Shown one piece after another: positions 51,401 to 63,856 of a DNA stretch of 64,000 nt (position 1 is its first letter; each line of letters starts with the position of its first letter). The stretch spans positions 2,412,999-2,476,998 of the forward strand of contig CM082596.2 of NCBI GenBank assembly GCA_040954595.2, in the 5' to 3' direction. This DNA comes from Balanoglossus misakiensis (taxonomy: Eukaryota; Animalia; Hemichordata). The translations under genes and the position numbers were made by a program. The notes beneath the pieces are model-generated. The model saw only the letters and a list, made by a program, of their open reading frames with translations. It was not told the DNA's origin and did not search any database.

Positions 51401-52663
51401 TACAATAATACGATTCATCACAAAAGAAATAATTGATTTTACCTCACTGTCCTAGTTGGGGACAAAATGTAACTCTAAGATGAGCAATTGGTGAAGTGCA
51501 GCTTTAATAGAGCTTGCGTTTGAATATGTGAGCCTATACTTCCCCAAAAAGTGCGTAATATGCACGCACGAACATATGTTTAGAGAAGAGCCATAAAATT
51601 GGGCCATTACACAAGGAACATGAGACTTTGGAGGTCATAAACAAAATAAGAGACAGACACAAATCTTCTGCCTGTGCTGAGAAAAAAGTTGCTGACCGCT
51701 GTCCAGCTGTCAGTGATAACTCATCCAGTTTGCGGGCTTTCATGGACTAGTGGTACGCTTGTGAGAGCGCCATCAACAGGGCGGTTTCGAAAATTCACAC
51801 AGGGGTTGTTAACCTTTCCTACGTAGATTTGTCTCTTTTTACGAAACACGCAACTCTTACAGAAAACGATCAAACTCAACATGTGTTTGGACATAAACAA
51901 ATATCCAATTTTAGAATTTTCATACCCTCACTAACCCACCCGGTGTTTGAAAATCTATCTAGCTACAAGAAACATGTTGCATATGGTCAACTAGTCCTAA
52001 AAGCTTATCAGCTCGCGATATCTTGAACATTTCAGTTTATGCTAGTACCACTTACATCAGTGTAAGGTTACAACGTTGCAAGAATGAAAAGAAACAGCAA
52101 ATCACAGGCACATGGTGTATACAGCCTGGTATATTTTTATATAAACACGGGGCATTTGGAAATACACTTGGCTCAAAAAACAAATAATTCTGTCAGGAGA
52201 ACACACAAACAATTACACATATTGCGTGGTAACTTAAAACTTGTCTGTGTGTAATATCTGTCTACTTTGAAATAATTGATTGTCTGCTGTTACTATTTTT
52301 GTAACGTTTGGGTAAGTTTGTACAAATTTTATTGAAATTCCGATGTTCACCCAAGATCTGAGTGAGTCTATCGCTGCCATGCGGTTTCTAGATATTTTCA
52401 TGGTAAAGTATTATCTGTATGTACCAGTTAGTCCAGAATCCACCCATGTGATTTCAGGGCCCAAAACTCTTCATGGACCTGAAAACACCCAGCTGGCTTC
52501 TGGACTTGTGTAAGCTATAATTAAACAAAACTAAAAACTGCCATATTTCTTTCAACTTCTGTGCTTTGTCAACCCATTCTATCAGTACTGCATGGGCTCT
52601 ATACAAAGTCAAGAAATCAAAAAGAAATTCCTTGCTGTCTTCAAATAACTCATTCATATTTAC

Positions 52664-52739
52664 CTTCAACTGGTCCCTTGTCTTCGATGACAAAGTTGAC
52701 TGATGCAAACTGCGCTACAGGTGACTTTGCTATGACAAT
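52664..52739 (-). CDS. RAD51B: RAD51B C-terminal exon (IVIAKSPVAQFASVNFVIEDKGPVE); if unspliced it reads on as GKYE* to 52650
   Basis: tttcaccag acceptor, phase 0; matches RAD51B ILIAKSPLAPFTSFVYTI; G|GTAAAT donor at the position where vertebrate RAD51B isoforms diverge. Confidence 0.88.
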
Positions 52740-54337
52740 CTGGTGAAAGAGAGCAAAAACAATAAAACCATTATCAACGCGAACTCGTAATGGATCTGTG
52801 ATGGACACCAGCACAGTGATGCAGATACGAATTGTGTGGCACCACAATCATGATGTGCGATGTGTTTATGTTGAAAGCACTCAGGGATATGGCAGGTTAT
52901 CTCTACTTGAACTTGACTCTGATAAGAGTAAGTCTCTTGTCAATGCCCTGATTGAGTTTTCTCTGTTCATTACCACCATAGTTATACATCTTTTGATTTT
53001 TGGCCTGTTTTCTATTGATTTCTATGGAAGCATCAACATGTATAGAATGCTATAGAACTCCATAGAACATTGTTGGCACAGCTGAATTCTAGGCTAGCAT
53101 CACTGATCCCTGGTTGTGGCGTTTTCACACCCATATATCAAGACGGGTGATTGCAGTAACCCAATCCCGTAACAATAGGAAGTCACCAAGGCTGCAGCAG
53201 AGAATTTGCCAAGCCCCAGAGATGTGGTTCCAATTAATCCCACAAACTGGCCATTGGAGATTTATGAGCAACTTTCATGACAGGAAATTTCCATACATCA
53301 TTCACAATAGGAATTCATATCTGCCTCTGGGGCTGAACTCTCAATCATGAATCAACTGATTCATGATTGATCAACGGGGGTTTTTGACAGAACTGGTTGC
53401 TTTTTAATGGGTTCAAGAACTAGCTACTGGTGGAATGATTCCAGCATATATAAAGATTAATGGTGAAACTCCTAAATTTGTTTCTGATGTTTTAGGATCT
53501 GTTCCAAGCAGCTATTAAAGTCTGAACAGGAAACTGGGGTCTTCCAGAGACTTCCCTGGAGGTTGAGCAAGTTTCTTTTTCCCAGGGTGCATGAACCAAC
53601 ACCAGGCAGAATTTGTCAACTTTGAGAGGAAACATGTCCAAGTTTTTCACTACCATGAGAAGAGAACAAACAGTTTTTCCTCGATATATCCTATTTCCAT
53701 GTTTACTGATATTTTTCACCTGGTCTAGTTTTTGAAAACAAAACAAGTTCTTCTGTCTAGGGAAACATAGAAGTTTAGGAGATGGCATTCATATGCCTTT
53801 TTAAAATCTGAACATTTGATTTCGGGTTCACTGATGGCTTAGTGCACAAAGGAATAGTTATATTTTAGTGAGTTTCACTTCCTTCTCATGTTAAAGCAAA
53901 GAGCAATGAACTGAGAGAGATTCTCAGAAGCAAGAATTGCCATTGGTGGCGCTATGCATAAACAAGACGACAGCAATGAATGAGAGCAGCACATGATCAA
54001 TTGTAGACAGCTCCCTGTGACATTGTGGCCCTGTTGCTAAACTATCTTTGAAAATTTGAAATGATTTGCTGGCATGGTTCTTGAATGTGGGACAATCTCA
54101 TACATACTGATGTCAATCCAACGGCACATGGTTATGACATATAATTCTCTAGAATATGCTGCATTTTTACTTTTCAGACTTCGAAACTCTTTAGATTTGG
54201 GCTTCACTGAACACCCTGACAAAAAATGAACTATCACATTGTTGCAGTTTGGCCAATATTACTTGTACTTATTTCATCAGAACAACAAGGAAGTGGTGAC
54301 CTGTGATTCAACTTTCTATTCCACGATTATATCTGAC

Positions 54338-54450
54338 CTGTCTTTGTTGGTTGCTCGCATACTGTAATATGAGTCTTGTATTAACGCTGTGGGTCCAGCT
54401 ATCACCGAGTGCTGACGTCACGAAGGCACCACTTTCCATACTCTCGACAT
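54338..54450 (-). CDS. RAD51B: RAD51B exon (GAFVTSALGDSWTHSVNTRLILQYASNQQRQ)
   Basis: Matches the RAD51B-diagnostic AALGNTWSHSVNTRLILQY; ttcacag acceptor, CAG|GTCAGA donor; phase 1/0. Confidence 0.93.
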
Positions 54451-55337
54451 CTGTGAAGAAAACAGAGAGTATTATATGATAGACACATGTCAATTTATAT
54501 ACATGAACAAAATATTTTACAGTAAAAGCCAACAAGACATCTGGTTCTCAAGTGAGACTTCATTCATAGCTTTCTTTTTTTGGCAATAAAGAATTTAGTT
54601 TATCAAAACTGATTCAACAGCAACTTTTTTATAATTATCACAAACTGCAGAAAAATTGTATTTCAATATTCTCAAAGTTTTCGCTTGAAACATATGAACC
54701 GATCACAATCATTTTCCTTCATCATTTCTACTCTTCAGGAGAATAGTACAGAGTTCACTGGGTCTTGATACAATTTTTATGACCTAAATTCTTAAAGAAT
54801 CAATTTTTGGATAAATGTTATGATGTTGTTACTATGGAATGCATGATGTCATCATAAAGCCAATATAGGGTCAGACTTCAAAAGGTTAGAAAGTATAAGA
54901 GATGCTGACATCCTCTTATAACACCGGGGAATAAACCTGACAATATATATACCGGTACATACAATATCTACACTTGTAGACTCAATACAACAAGTTCTGA
55001 TAATGACATTTCACCACAAAGGAGAGGGTGAGAATAATTGAAGTTATCACATTCTAACATAGTTCAGATTTCAGCCGAAACGGGAAACGGATGTCATACA
55101 CGCAGGACAATACGAAATGAAACGAAACAAAATAAAAGAAACACAATGACATCAGTTCAACCTAGGCCTTGTATCTTTCATTTCCGGCATGGAAATTGAT
55201 CCATCTGGCGAAAATCAATAAAAGGTATGATGCACGCTCTGGCTGCTAATAGGAAGTCGTAAAATGGGGAAGCGAAAACCTTGGTGTACGGTATATAGGG
55301 AGCGCGAGATGAATGACTGCATCATATATACACTTAC

Positions 55338-55404
55338 TGCTCTGAGCTGCGATATCAGGGGTGAATGACCGCACTCTGGTTGTTACTTGGTTGGTGACAA
55401 CTAC
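55338..55404 (-). CDS. RAD51B: RAD51B exon (VVVTNQVTTRVRSFTPDIAAQS)
   Basis: tttatttttcag acceptor; RecA/Rad51 'V(V/I)xTNQ' strand; A|GTAAGT donor, phase 1 matches next exon; upstream exons not found in window. Confidence 0.88.
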
Positions 55405-58400
55405 CTGAAAAATAAATTCAAAACTTGAATTTGGGTATTCTTGGGGTCAAAGTGGATGTTCATGGTTGGAAATTGCTGAGTTTGACAGTTATGAATTTCT
55501 AAGTTATAAACTTAATTAACTCTAAATCCCAGAACTCTTATATTCTACCAACCCCTTATTTTAATTCACTTTGATATGAAAAGAGAGCAAAAAAAGTGCG
55601 ACACACAAGATTTCTTAGTGGTATGCTGCATGACGTACGTTAACTCTCGGTCAAGCATTCCATTCTAGAGTATGTGTGTATATTTATCAATGTATGGAGT
55701 TGTAACCGACTACATTGAAATCAGACACACAGACACCCTAGCAACCGCCAGCATGTTGTGAACTGACATGACATCCAATACTGCTTTTAATCCCATCCCA
55801 CTGGAATGTCTAGTATTTTGACTACAACAATCTGACCTCATCTGACATCATCTGAGTAATGTCTTTTAATTTCAGTTGCCAATTTCGATATTTTTTGGTT
55901 TGAGAAAGAGTGAAACAGTAACAGAGTCGTGTCAATTTAAACCAAATGTGACTTCAACAAATGCACTTCTTGACCTCAGTGAGTGATGCCCGGTCAGCAT
56001 TGCCATAGCAACGCCCTGTGATTCAACATATCGTCATCAAAGGGATGTGTTGCGGGCTGCAAGTCAAGCCATGGAATTTTTTACAAACAAGGAGATGGAC
56101 AACTTTGGCTTCATACTTAGATGCCAAGCAATGTATCTGATTACCAGTATTCCAATCCATTTCATTTTGTCTCTGATGAAAATCTTTCACCACAAACACT
56201 TTCACAGGTTTTTAAAAACATTTTCTGTCATTCAAAATGATATGGCACTTTGGTATATACACACATTTTTTCCTCAATCATAACATCTTCCCTGCCACTT
56301 TCATATAGATTTTGTAAAGGTCTCCAATGCCACTATCTAAAACGATTTTCGTCCTAAGCTGTCAAAAAAAAAACTCAATCAATACTTTGACATAAAAATT
56401 ATCTCCATATGCCAGAATACTCCAGATTCAATAATATAACAATATACCACTCTATGCACATTCAAAGATCTATTGGCCCTTGATATTTTCCAGACAAACT
56501 TTTGAACAGTTTTGACATTTTCTGATTGCTTTTTTCCTGGATCAAAACACACAACTCTTTCCTATTTGTCATAAATCTCCATCAAATTTAACAGTACGTC
56601 GCCAGACAACCACCCTATCCCTGTCGACCTTTGGTCTCACCCCTGTTGTTTCCAGTGATGAAAGTGGAACAGTTTACATTGGAATGGGGGTGAAAGTGTC
56701 AAATCGATACATTTTCATCAAAATGCAATTGATTGAGAAAACTGAACTCACTTTCATACCGCTATTATTTTCAAACAGTTTCACTGGGAGAGTTGTTCTG
56801 TTCGATACAAAGCAATGTTCGACAGAACTGCTTTCTGAAATGGCTCATGCACTGTTATCAAAAGTGTCTCGCGGCTATAATATTCACGAATCGAAACACA
56901 AGACCACTAGAATTTCTGGCTGTCGTGCACAGCACTATCGATGTGAAATATGAAAAAGATTATACAGAGGGGTTACATATACATACCAGAACTACAAGTC
57001 CACCAAGGGCAGAATTCGTTCATGTTCTGTGTACATGCCATGAAACTTAACGTGGTGTGTGGTATATTTTTGTGCCGTTTCCAGGACTCAGGAATTCAAA
57101 TGGGACAAAGTATTCCCGGTATTCGGTCAAGCTATGCCACCCGGCATAAATCGATATCCCCCCTCTCACTCATATCACTAGCATTATGGATCCAGGAGAC
57201 AACGATCACCGTCGGAGACGACTCTCAAACTGAATCAATTCAGGAAGAATTATTCAAATCCAGGTCTTGGGAATTCCAGAAAAATAATGCAATAAATTCC
57301 ACATGTACAGAAAACTGATGCAAAAATGGTGAAAATAGGAGAAACAAAAGTAACTGTCATATTCTCAGAATCAAGGAATTCCAAGAATTCTACAGCAAAT
57401 CAAAAATCATATTAGAACTAGGGGGTTAGAACTTAGAATATATGGGTCAGCAGTGTTGATGACTCACGTTATGGTCTTACCAGATGTTTTGTAAAATTAT
57501 GTCAAGTTTGTATTACTTCATAGAATTCCCTAAAAAGGGAAATATCACAGCTACATGCATCAGACAAAGCTTTACATAGATATACAGTTAAATGAACCCT
57601 TCACAAAGGAAGAAGTCATATTTACAAGATATCACCCTAGCACATACCCATACATCTGAACTTATATTACCGGTACTTGCAAAAGAAATGCGCATTGAAT
57701 CTAGGACGCTTCCTATAATTAGAACCCTGTGATATTATCATTTTCATTTTGATTCCGAGTGTCAGAAAGCGCCAAATGATGGTGCCTATTATAATACAGC
57801 TGTAACTATCCTGTATTAATTCTGCGTATGAAAATTTAATGATGGTGGTAGTGATCGTATCTGTTGTGTTGGAGCTACTCTATTGGTGTGTATGAAAATT
57901 TGATGAGAATGTTGGTGACAGGGGACAGGTGTGAGACTGGATCTTTTCAAGGATCACCTGCGAATTGATGAAAGCTTGGCGCTGACTCGTCTGGGTGTGT
58001 ATTGTAGCCAGTCATTACAGGAGTATTGATTGGGAGAATTTCTTTGATTACAGTGGAAATGCTGCTGTGGGGAACGGTAATTATCCATCAAAGCTGACGG
58101 AGAAATTCTGTCAGGTGGAACAGGGCCGTGGTAACTTGCACTAGTGCGCACGTCTCTTGACTACAACATAAGTTCTGTCAAACTGACCACGTCATACCAT
58201 TCTCCAATCCTATAGCTGATCAGTGATTCTCTTTCATGGTGTTTACAAAACGTCATGGCGATACTTTCCTGACACACTCACTGCAAAGATATTTCTCTTG
58301 GAATGGAAACAGACAGATCTTGATGAATTTCACGGTGTCAGTTTCTGGGAACTGTTTTATCTTCACCCCTCGGGCCATACAGATTTGTTTACTGTCTGTT

Positions 58401-60558
58401 TACTTAACTCGACATATTACAAGTATCATGTCAATTAGCAAAGTGAAATCTTTCATCAGAGTAGGTTGAACACTGGAGTCACTTTAACTACATCAATGGT
58501 CAAGTTCAATACCATTTGCTTTTTTCAGGACTCTGAAGGATTTTCCAGAATTGATTTTCAAATTCAAGAACTTTCCAGGATCATAGTTCTACGTGACATG
58601 ACAGGTTTTCAGTCAATCAGCAACAAGATATCTTCCACAAGGCTGAAACACTTCTAATGGTAATCTTGTTAAAAGCATCAGTGATCAAGTTCATAATCGA
58701 CATTCACTGAATTTTTAGGTTCAGTGGTACGCATATCACTTGGCCATGTGTAACTCTTCATATCCCAAATACTTTGGTGAACGTGCAACACAACATCTTT
58801 CACTATGTTGTCTGGACTTGGATCACTGATGTCATTTAACTATCAAGTTCAATGCCAAGTTCAAAAGCTGTAACTTTAGACCTGTTTTTCAATGTTTTTA
58901 CGCTCAGTTACGATTGTGTTTTTTCTCCTTGTCACCTACTTCCCCATAGCACATGATGGATATAAACACTACCTATCTCCCCAGAGGGATTCCTTTATAT
59001 GTCTTACAGAAGACATTGAGATCAACCTTGACCAGAGTATCTCTCAATTGTATTTTTGTCGTAAAATCATGGCACCTGGTGACCCTGTTCCTAACAGAGG
59101 CCACCAAAAATCATAACTACAAGTATTGACAGTTCATGCAGCTATCTGATATGTCACTCCAACGGACAAAAACAAACAAGGACCAACTTGACGACTGACA
59201 TAAAAGGGCATGAATATCAGCTTTTTTTCATTAACACAAAAAGAGAATAGTTGATAATGCTCTGTTCAGGATGACTTAACTGCAGACAAAGGATTTCAGC
59301 CGGCTTGCTGAGAGCAACAATGCCAGATGGGACGTCAATTGAAACCCCGACCATGATCTGTCCCCTTGCTGCGATGAAAAACACAGGTCTCCCTTTCACT
59401 GATGTTCAGCACAGCGAACAATTTCTTCACAACAATGCGCTATTAAACTGAGATCCACATTGTTACTTTTGAGAAGACCCAGTGTTTTGAGCAATCAACA
59501 TGCTTGTTAAAGAATAATAAATTTGCCAGGCTTTAGTGAGCACAGCACATCAACAGAGACTCCAGCCTGGAGACGTTTCCCAATCATCTTGAGATTAGAA
59601 GTTTCTCGCAGACCGAGAGGAAACCATTGACAACGACTTTTTTCTGAACATGATCAGTTATGATTTGGCATGTGTTTCAGTGATCTGTTACGTGACATCC
59701 AGGGCAAAACTTGAAGGCTGTTTTACTAATCTAAGAAATAAGATGAGCTGTGTTTAACATCAATCTATTTTCCAACTGACAAGTCTTGAAACAAGGCTGG
59801 TGAAGTTTGACTTCTGACGATCGTATTTCAAGATGGAATTGGGTCAGTCTAACCTTCTCTGCACTGACAAATAAATAATCTTGTCATGTTCTTACAACAG
59901 TAGAACGAGACTCTACGGTTAACACATTGAGACCAGTTCTTTGGGCAAAGCTATCAAATGCAACGGACCCTGTCCTACGAAGATAACTACCGGAACATTC
60001 TGAAAGACAGATGCAATTTGTGGTTTTGAGAGTATTATTTAGTTTTACCGCAATTCAGGACAACCCGTGGGATAATTACTGTTCACAGACTTTGGTGCAT
60101 CCAAATTTGCATGCCATCTATTGATGTGACCAGTCGCCATGGTGATACACTTTTATTTCCCCATTGTTCAGTGCCAAAGGAGATCTCCTTACTCATAATC
60201 ACTTGATTAGGAGTGTTTGTGTCCAGTATATCCCGACAAAACATTGTTAGAGATGTTCTGGCATGTGGACAACCTTTGCCTTCCTCTGTTTCATTGATAC
60301 TGCTTCATTAAAAATATGACAAGGGATGTCAGTAAACACCGGCTGTTAAAAAAAGATTATCTTTGATGATGTATGCAGGTTTGTGACTCTCTGACTCCCA
60401 TGTCACTGTTTTATGAAGCTTTGAAAAATGTTTTCATCATACAATAATTTATACATTTACTGCTACTAGAGACAACACCAGTAACCTTTGTAAGCCAAAA
60501 ATACTGGAGTCACAGACCCCACCCTTTTGATGTATCTATAAATCTGCTCCAAGAGCAA

Positions 60559-60594
60559 GCAGGGACTACTTTACACCAAGGCAGGGACTACTTT
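60559..60594. repeat. 14-bp direct repeat GCAGGGACTACTTT x2
   Basis: Copies at 60559-60572 and 60581-60594. Confidence 0.75.
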
Positions 60595-60845
60595 CAGGAT
60601 ATGACACATGAAAACACAGATGGTGTAGTAATACATGAACTGTGGTACAGTGACCTCGTGCACATTTCAGGCAAAAGGAACTCATAATTTATATAAAGGC
60701 AAACTGTAAAATTTAATAGATATCAACAACCCTGTAATCTTAGAATGCTCCTTCTTGGCACGCATCCCTAACAACAAAAGTAAAAATTCTTTCAGACAAA
60801 AAAGTAATTATTTGAACTTAGTTTTGTACCAACTGAATGGCCATA

Positions 60846-60861
60846 CATTCATTCATTCATT
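60846..60861. repeat. (CATT)4 microsatellite
   Basis: cattcattcattcatt. Confidence 0.7.
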
Positions 60862-61505
60862 CACAAAAGTTATGAAGAATTACCATACACTACTGCTATA
60901 CCTATCATGTAACATAATTTTTCAGAAATGATTTGTAATTTATCTCTTTGTTTTCTAGTCACATAAGACATGTATAATTGAATATTGATTTTTGAAAATA
61001 ACTTGTAATTTGATCAAAAAATGACATGCTGGACTGAGTTATTGCACTTGCAAAATTTATCAGCAAATCAATAAATAATGAGCCTTCACAATCCATCAAA
61101 CAAGTGCACATGTTCATTCTCTGTATTTTAGTAAAAAGATATGAAACGTTTCAGCGATTCTGGATGTTTGACAAATTTTTCACGAATCTTTTGAAACTTG
61201 GTGGGAGATCAGGAATGGTTGAACCTACAAGACATTTATTGAAAATGTTGTCAGTGCAAAAAAGGTAGTAGAATGATTGTGGAGCAATTTGCAAGCCATT
61301 CACAGATAGCACTGTAATTCCCCAGTGGAGACTTGGCCTGTTACTAACCATATGTTCTCTCTCACTATCATTCTCTATCACATTTATCACTTGGTTGAGG
61401 GCCACCGCAGATGTAACCTAAACTACTCCACAATGCAGTTTAAAGCTTTCCAACTCACACACACGTACACACACAGAGAGAGACACGCCAAGTGGAAACT
61501 GTTTG

Positions 61506-61568
61506 ACTGCCATGGCAACAGCCAAGTGGCCGTTGTTGATCGTAAATACACCCGGTTGCCATGGTGTG
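61506..61568. promoter_or_regulatory. Two RFX X-box-like motifs upstream of the EF-hand gene
   Basis: ACTGCCATGGCAAC (61506-61519) and GTTGCCATGGTGTG (61555-61568) versus consensus GTTNCCATGGNAAC, in a CpG-rich patch. Confidence 0.45.
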
Positions 61569-62194
61569 CGCATACAACCACGGATCGATGTCTTGTCAGC
61601 TTTAACCTGTGCTAGGGGGCACTGCATCTTACGCGCAGATCCTCGTCTCCTTGCTTATAGACCGTCTCTCCGCTCGGCCCCAAAGCAGCTGCTTCAAGAC
61701 TGCCATGTGGAAATGCCATTTGCCTGAACTGCGTTTTACAGCCACCACACAATAGACAACGCCATCAAAGGAATAGGTAGTGACTACTCAGTTACAAAGT
61801 AGCTGACACCGGTCAAGCAAAGAAAGAAAAAAAATTTACTCGAGCAGAATCAACTAGCTGTGTACGGTGGATGCATACATATAACGTATACAAGAAGATT
61901 TGAAATCAATCCCAAGACAGGAAGACTAATTAGAGTCGGAGCTCTCCGAGTGACAGTTGAAGAAACCAGAGGCCGGGCGACTATAGCTTAAGTCACCTAA
62001 AGAAACAAGAATGGTTACTTTGTCTCAAGTTTCTACAATGAAGTATAATTAGAGACGTTTACTCTACGAGTCGGGTGAGCCTTAACAGCCGGGTTGCGGG
62101 TACTGGGTGGAAATGAATTCGCTTTGTATTCAAGGAACTAGCTGTCTGTGCATTGTGTAATTGCATACACCACAACGGAATAGTGCAATTGGGT

Positions 62195-62896
62195 ATGTTT
62201 TCAAAGCTGTGCTGGAATGCGGAATATGCATGGGAAGAATGTCGGAGACGTCTCTCCATGATGGGTTTGAAACCCAGCTTTCCGGTTGTTGTGGAGCCGA
62301 TTTTGTATGAACCGCAGCAGCATTTCACCAGCACGGGCCGGAGACGGGTCGTGAACAATCGCAAAATGGTGGTCAAGTACGAGTTGACCGAGTTCCAAAA
62401 GATCAACAACCAAATCTACCAAGACGTGGTAACGCAAAGACGAATGACTCATATTCCAAAGCGGAAAATCAACCGCGTGGATTTTAAAAAACTGCACCAG
62501 AAGTACCCAAACTGGCGGTCGGAAAACTTTGCCGAGTTCCGGATCGAGTTCAAGGCGTCCGACCTGGACGACGATGGATTGTTGAATTTCGAGGAGTACT
62601 GTGCGACTCTGACAAGGCTTGGAGACGAGAACCCCCTTGAAATCAGGTACAGTTTATTCCATCAGCACGTTACCATGGACTTTCCTGAACACATAGACTT
62701 TGAGGATTTTGTCGATGTCTGCAACACACTGTCCACCATTACACAACAACACCAAAACTGTTCGGAAAACGTTCAATTTATTCAGATCGCTGGCAAGAGT
62801 TCCTCAAGCAGCGATGAAAACGTTTCCGAGGACAGCCATCGTAGTGGCAGCAAAGCCAAGAAACATAAACACGACAAACACACCAGAACGTCATGA
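62195..62896 (+). CDS. EF-hand calcium-binding protein, uncharacterised, apparently single coding exon (about 233 aa from first ATG)
   Basis: Canonical 12-residue EF loop DLDDDGLLNFEE in helix context (FRIEFKAS...YCATLTRLG); second degenerate hand ..PEHIDFEDF; coding-like GC3; basic/Ser-rich tail; in-frame stop upstream at 62114. Confidence 0.8.
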   Translation: MFSKLCWNAEYAWEECRRRLSMMGLKPSFPVVVEPILYEPQQHFTSTGRRRVVNNRKMVVKYELTEFQKINNQIYQDVVTQRRMTHIPKRKINRVDFKKLHQKYPNWRSENFAEFRIEFKASDLDDDGLLNFEEYCATLTRLGDENPLEIRYSLFHQHVTMDFPEHIDFEDFVDVCNTLSTITQQHQNCSENVQFIQIAGKSSSSSDENVSEDSHRSGSKAKKHKHDKHTRTS

Positions 62897-63190
62897 CCCC
62901 AGCATTGGCAGTTCACGAATGTGTGTGTGCCTTCAAAAAAACTGACAGAACCAAAGTGGCCAAGTTGTAGTTTTATCTCTTATCTTTTAGAAAGAATAAC
63001 TCTGCAAGTGACAGTGTTGACATGAATAAGCAGGAGGATTAACTGTTCTTAATCTAATTCTCTTTAAATAACTGGCCATTTTATGACCCCTAATCTCCCC
63101 TGAGATAGAGATAACTGCAATGAAGGACTTCCAGATCTATTTAAACAGGTCACTGAAAAGCCCATATATCCATGTGACCCCTCGTTTTAA

Positions 63191-63535
63191 AGCTCCATCG
63201 TACATCCTCGCAAATTCTCGAGCCCCGAAAAAGAGTCAAAAACTATCCAGAAGAAATAGTTCTCCCCAAGTTACAGTGACTTTTGATGGTGGACTTGATC
63301 GCTCGTTGAACAAGACATTGAAATCTCTTTGATATCGTTGACATTTTATGTTGCTTTTTTAAGAAGGCGATAAAACCCCGTCCCTGATCAACAGAATTTG
63401 TCATTGTCAGATGGAACTTCAATGTATTTTCATGGTTCACGTTACTGCATTTACATTTTTTCAAGTCATTTTTTTTATATATGTGCTTGGAATTCCATAC
63501 TGGATAAAATAATCAATGATTTGTACGTGGCAACT
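63191..63535. mobile_element. Candidate TTAA-flanked MITE (Kolobok-like termini)
   Basis: TTAA-agctccatcgtaca ... tgtacgtggcaact-TTAA; terminal inverted match 10/14, AG...CT ends. Confidence 0.35.
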
Positions 63536-63840
63536 TTAAGGTAACAAAATACATTTCACTGTACTTCAACTAAATCATGGCATCAGTTGTTGTTTTTTTC
63601 CTCCCAAGAACAAAACCCTTGCAAAACATCCAAAAATGTTAAAAACCTCTCAACAATCTCATCACAAGTGTGTATAGATATTTCAGCTGCTCTGAAGGAA
63701 GGATGTCAAGGTCTCGTGTAAGAAATGCTTCTCTCTGTCAAAGATGTAAATAAGACTTACAGGGATAATGTGGGCATGTCATCTGCAGGTTATTGTTCAA
63801 AGCCATATTTCTCATCAAAGAAAACTTGGGATTCCCCCCT

Positions 63841-63856
63841 CACACACACACACACA
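63841..63856. repeat. (CA)8 microsatellite
   Basis: cacacacacacacaca. Confidence 0.8.

Noticed and set aside
52770-52810. TDPLRVRVDNGF, reminiscent of C-terminal tails of some RAD51B proteins
   Set aside because: Lies upstream of the IAKSP exon acceptor (wrong order, intronic); treated as coincidence
63761-63782. Minus-strand ...ATCCCT|GTAAGT that could be the RAD51B 'IP|' exon end preceding VVVTNQ
   Set aside because: The required frame has a TGA seven codons upstream and lacks the KYLAExFxIP motif
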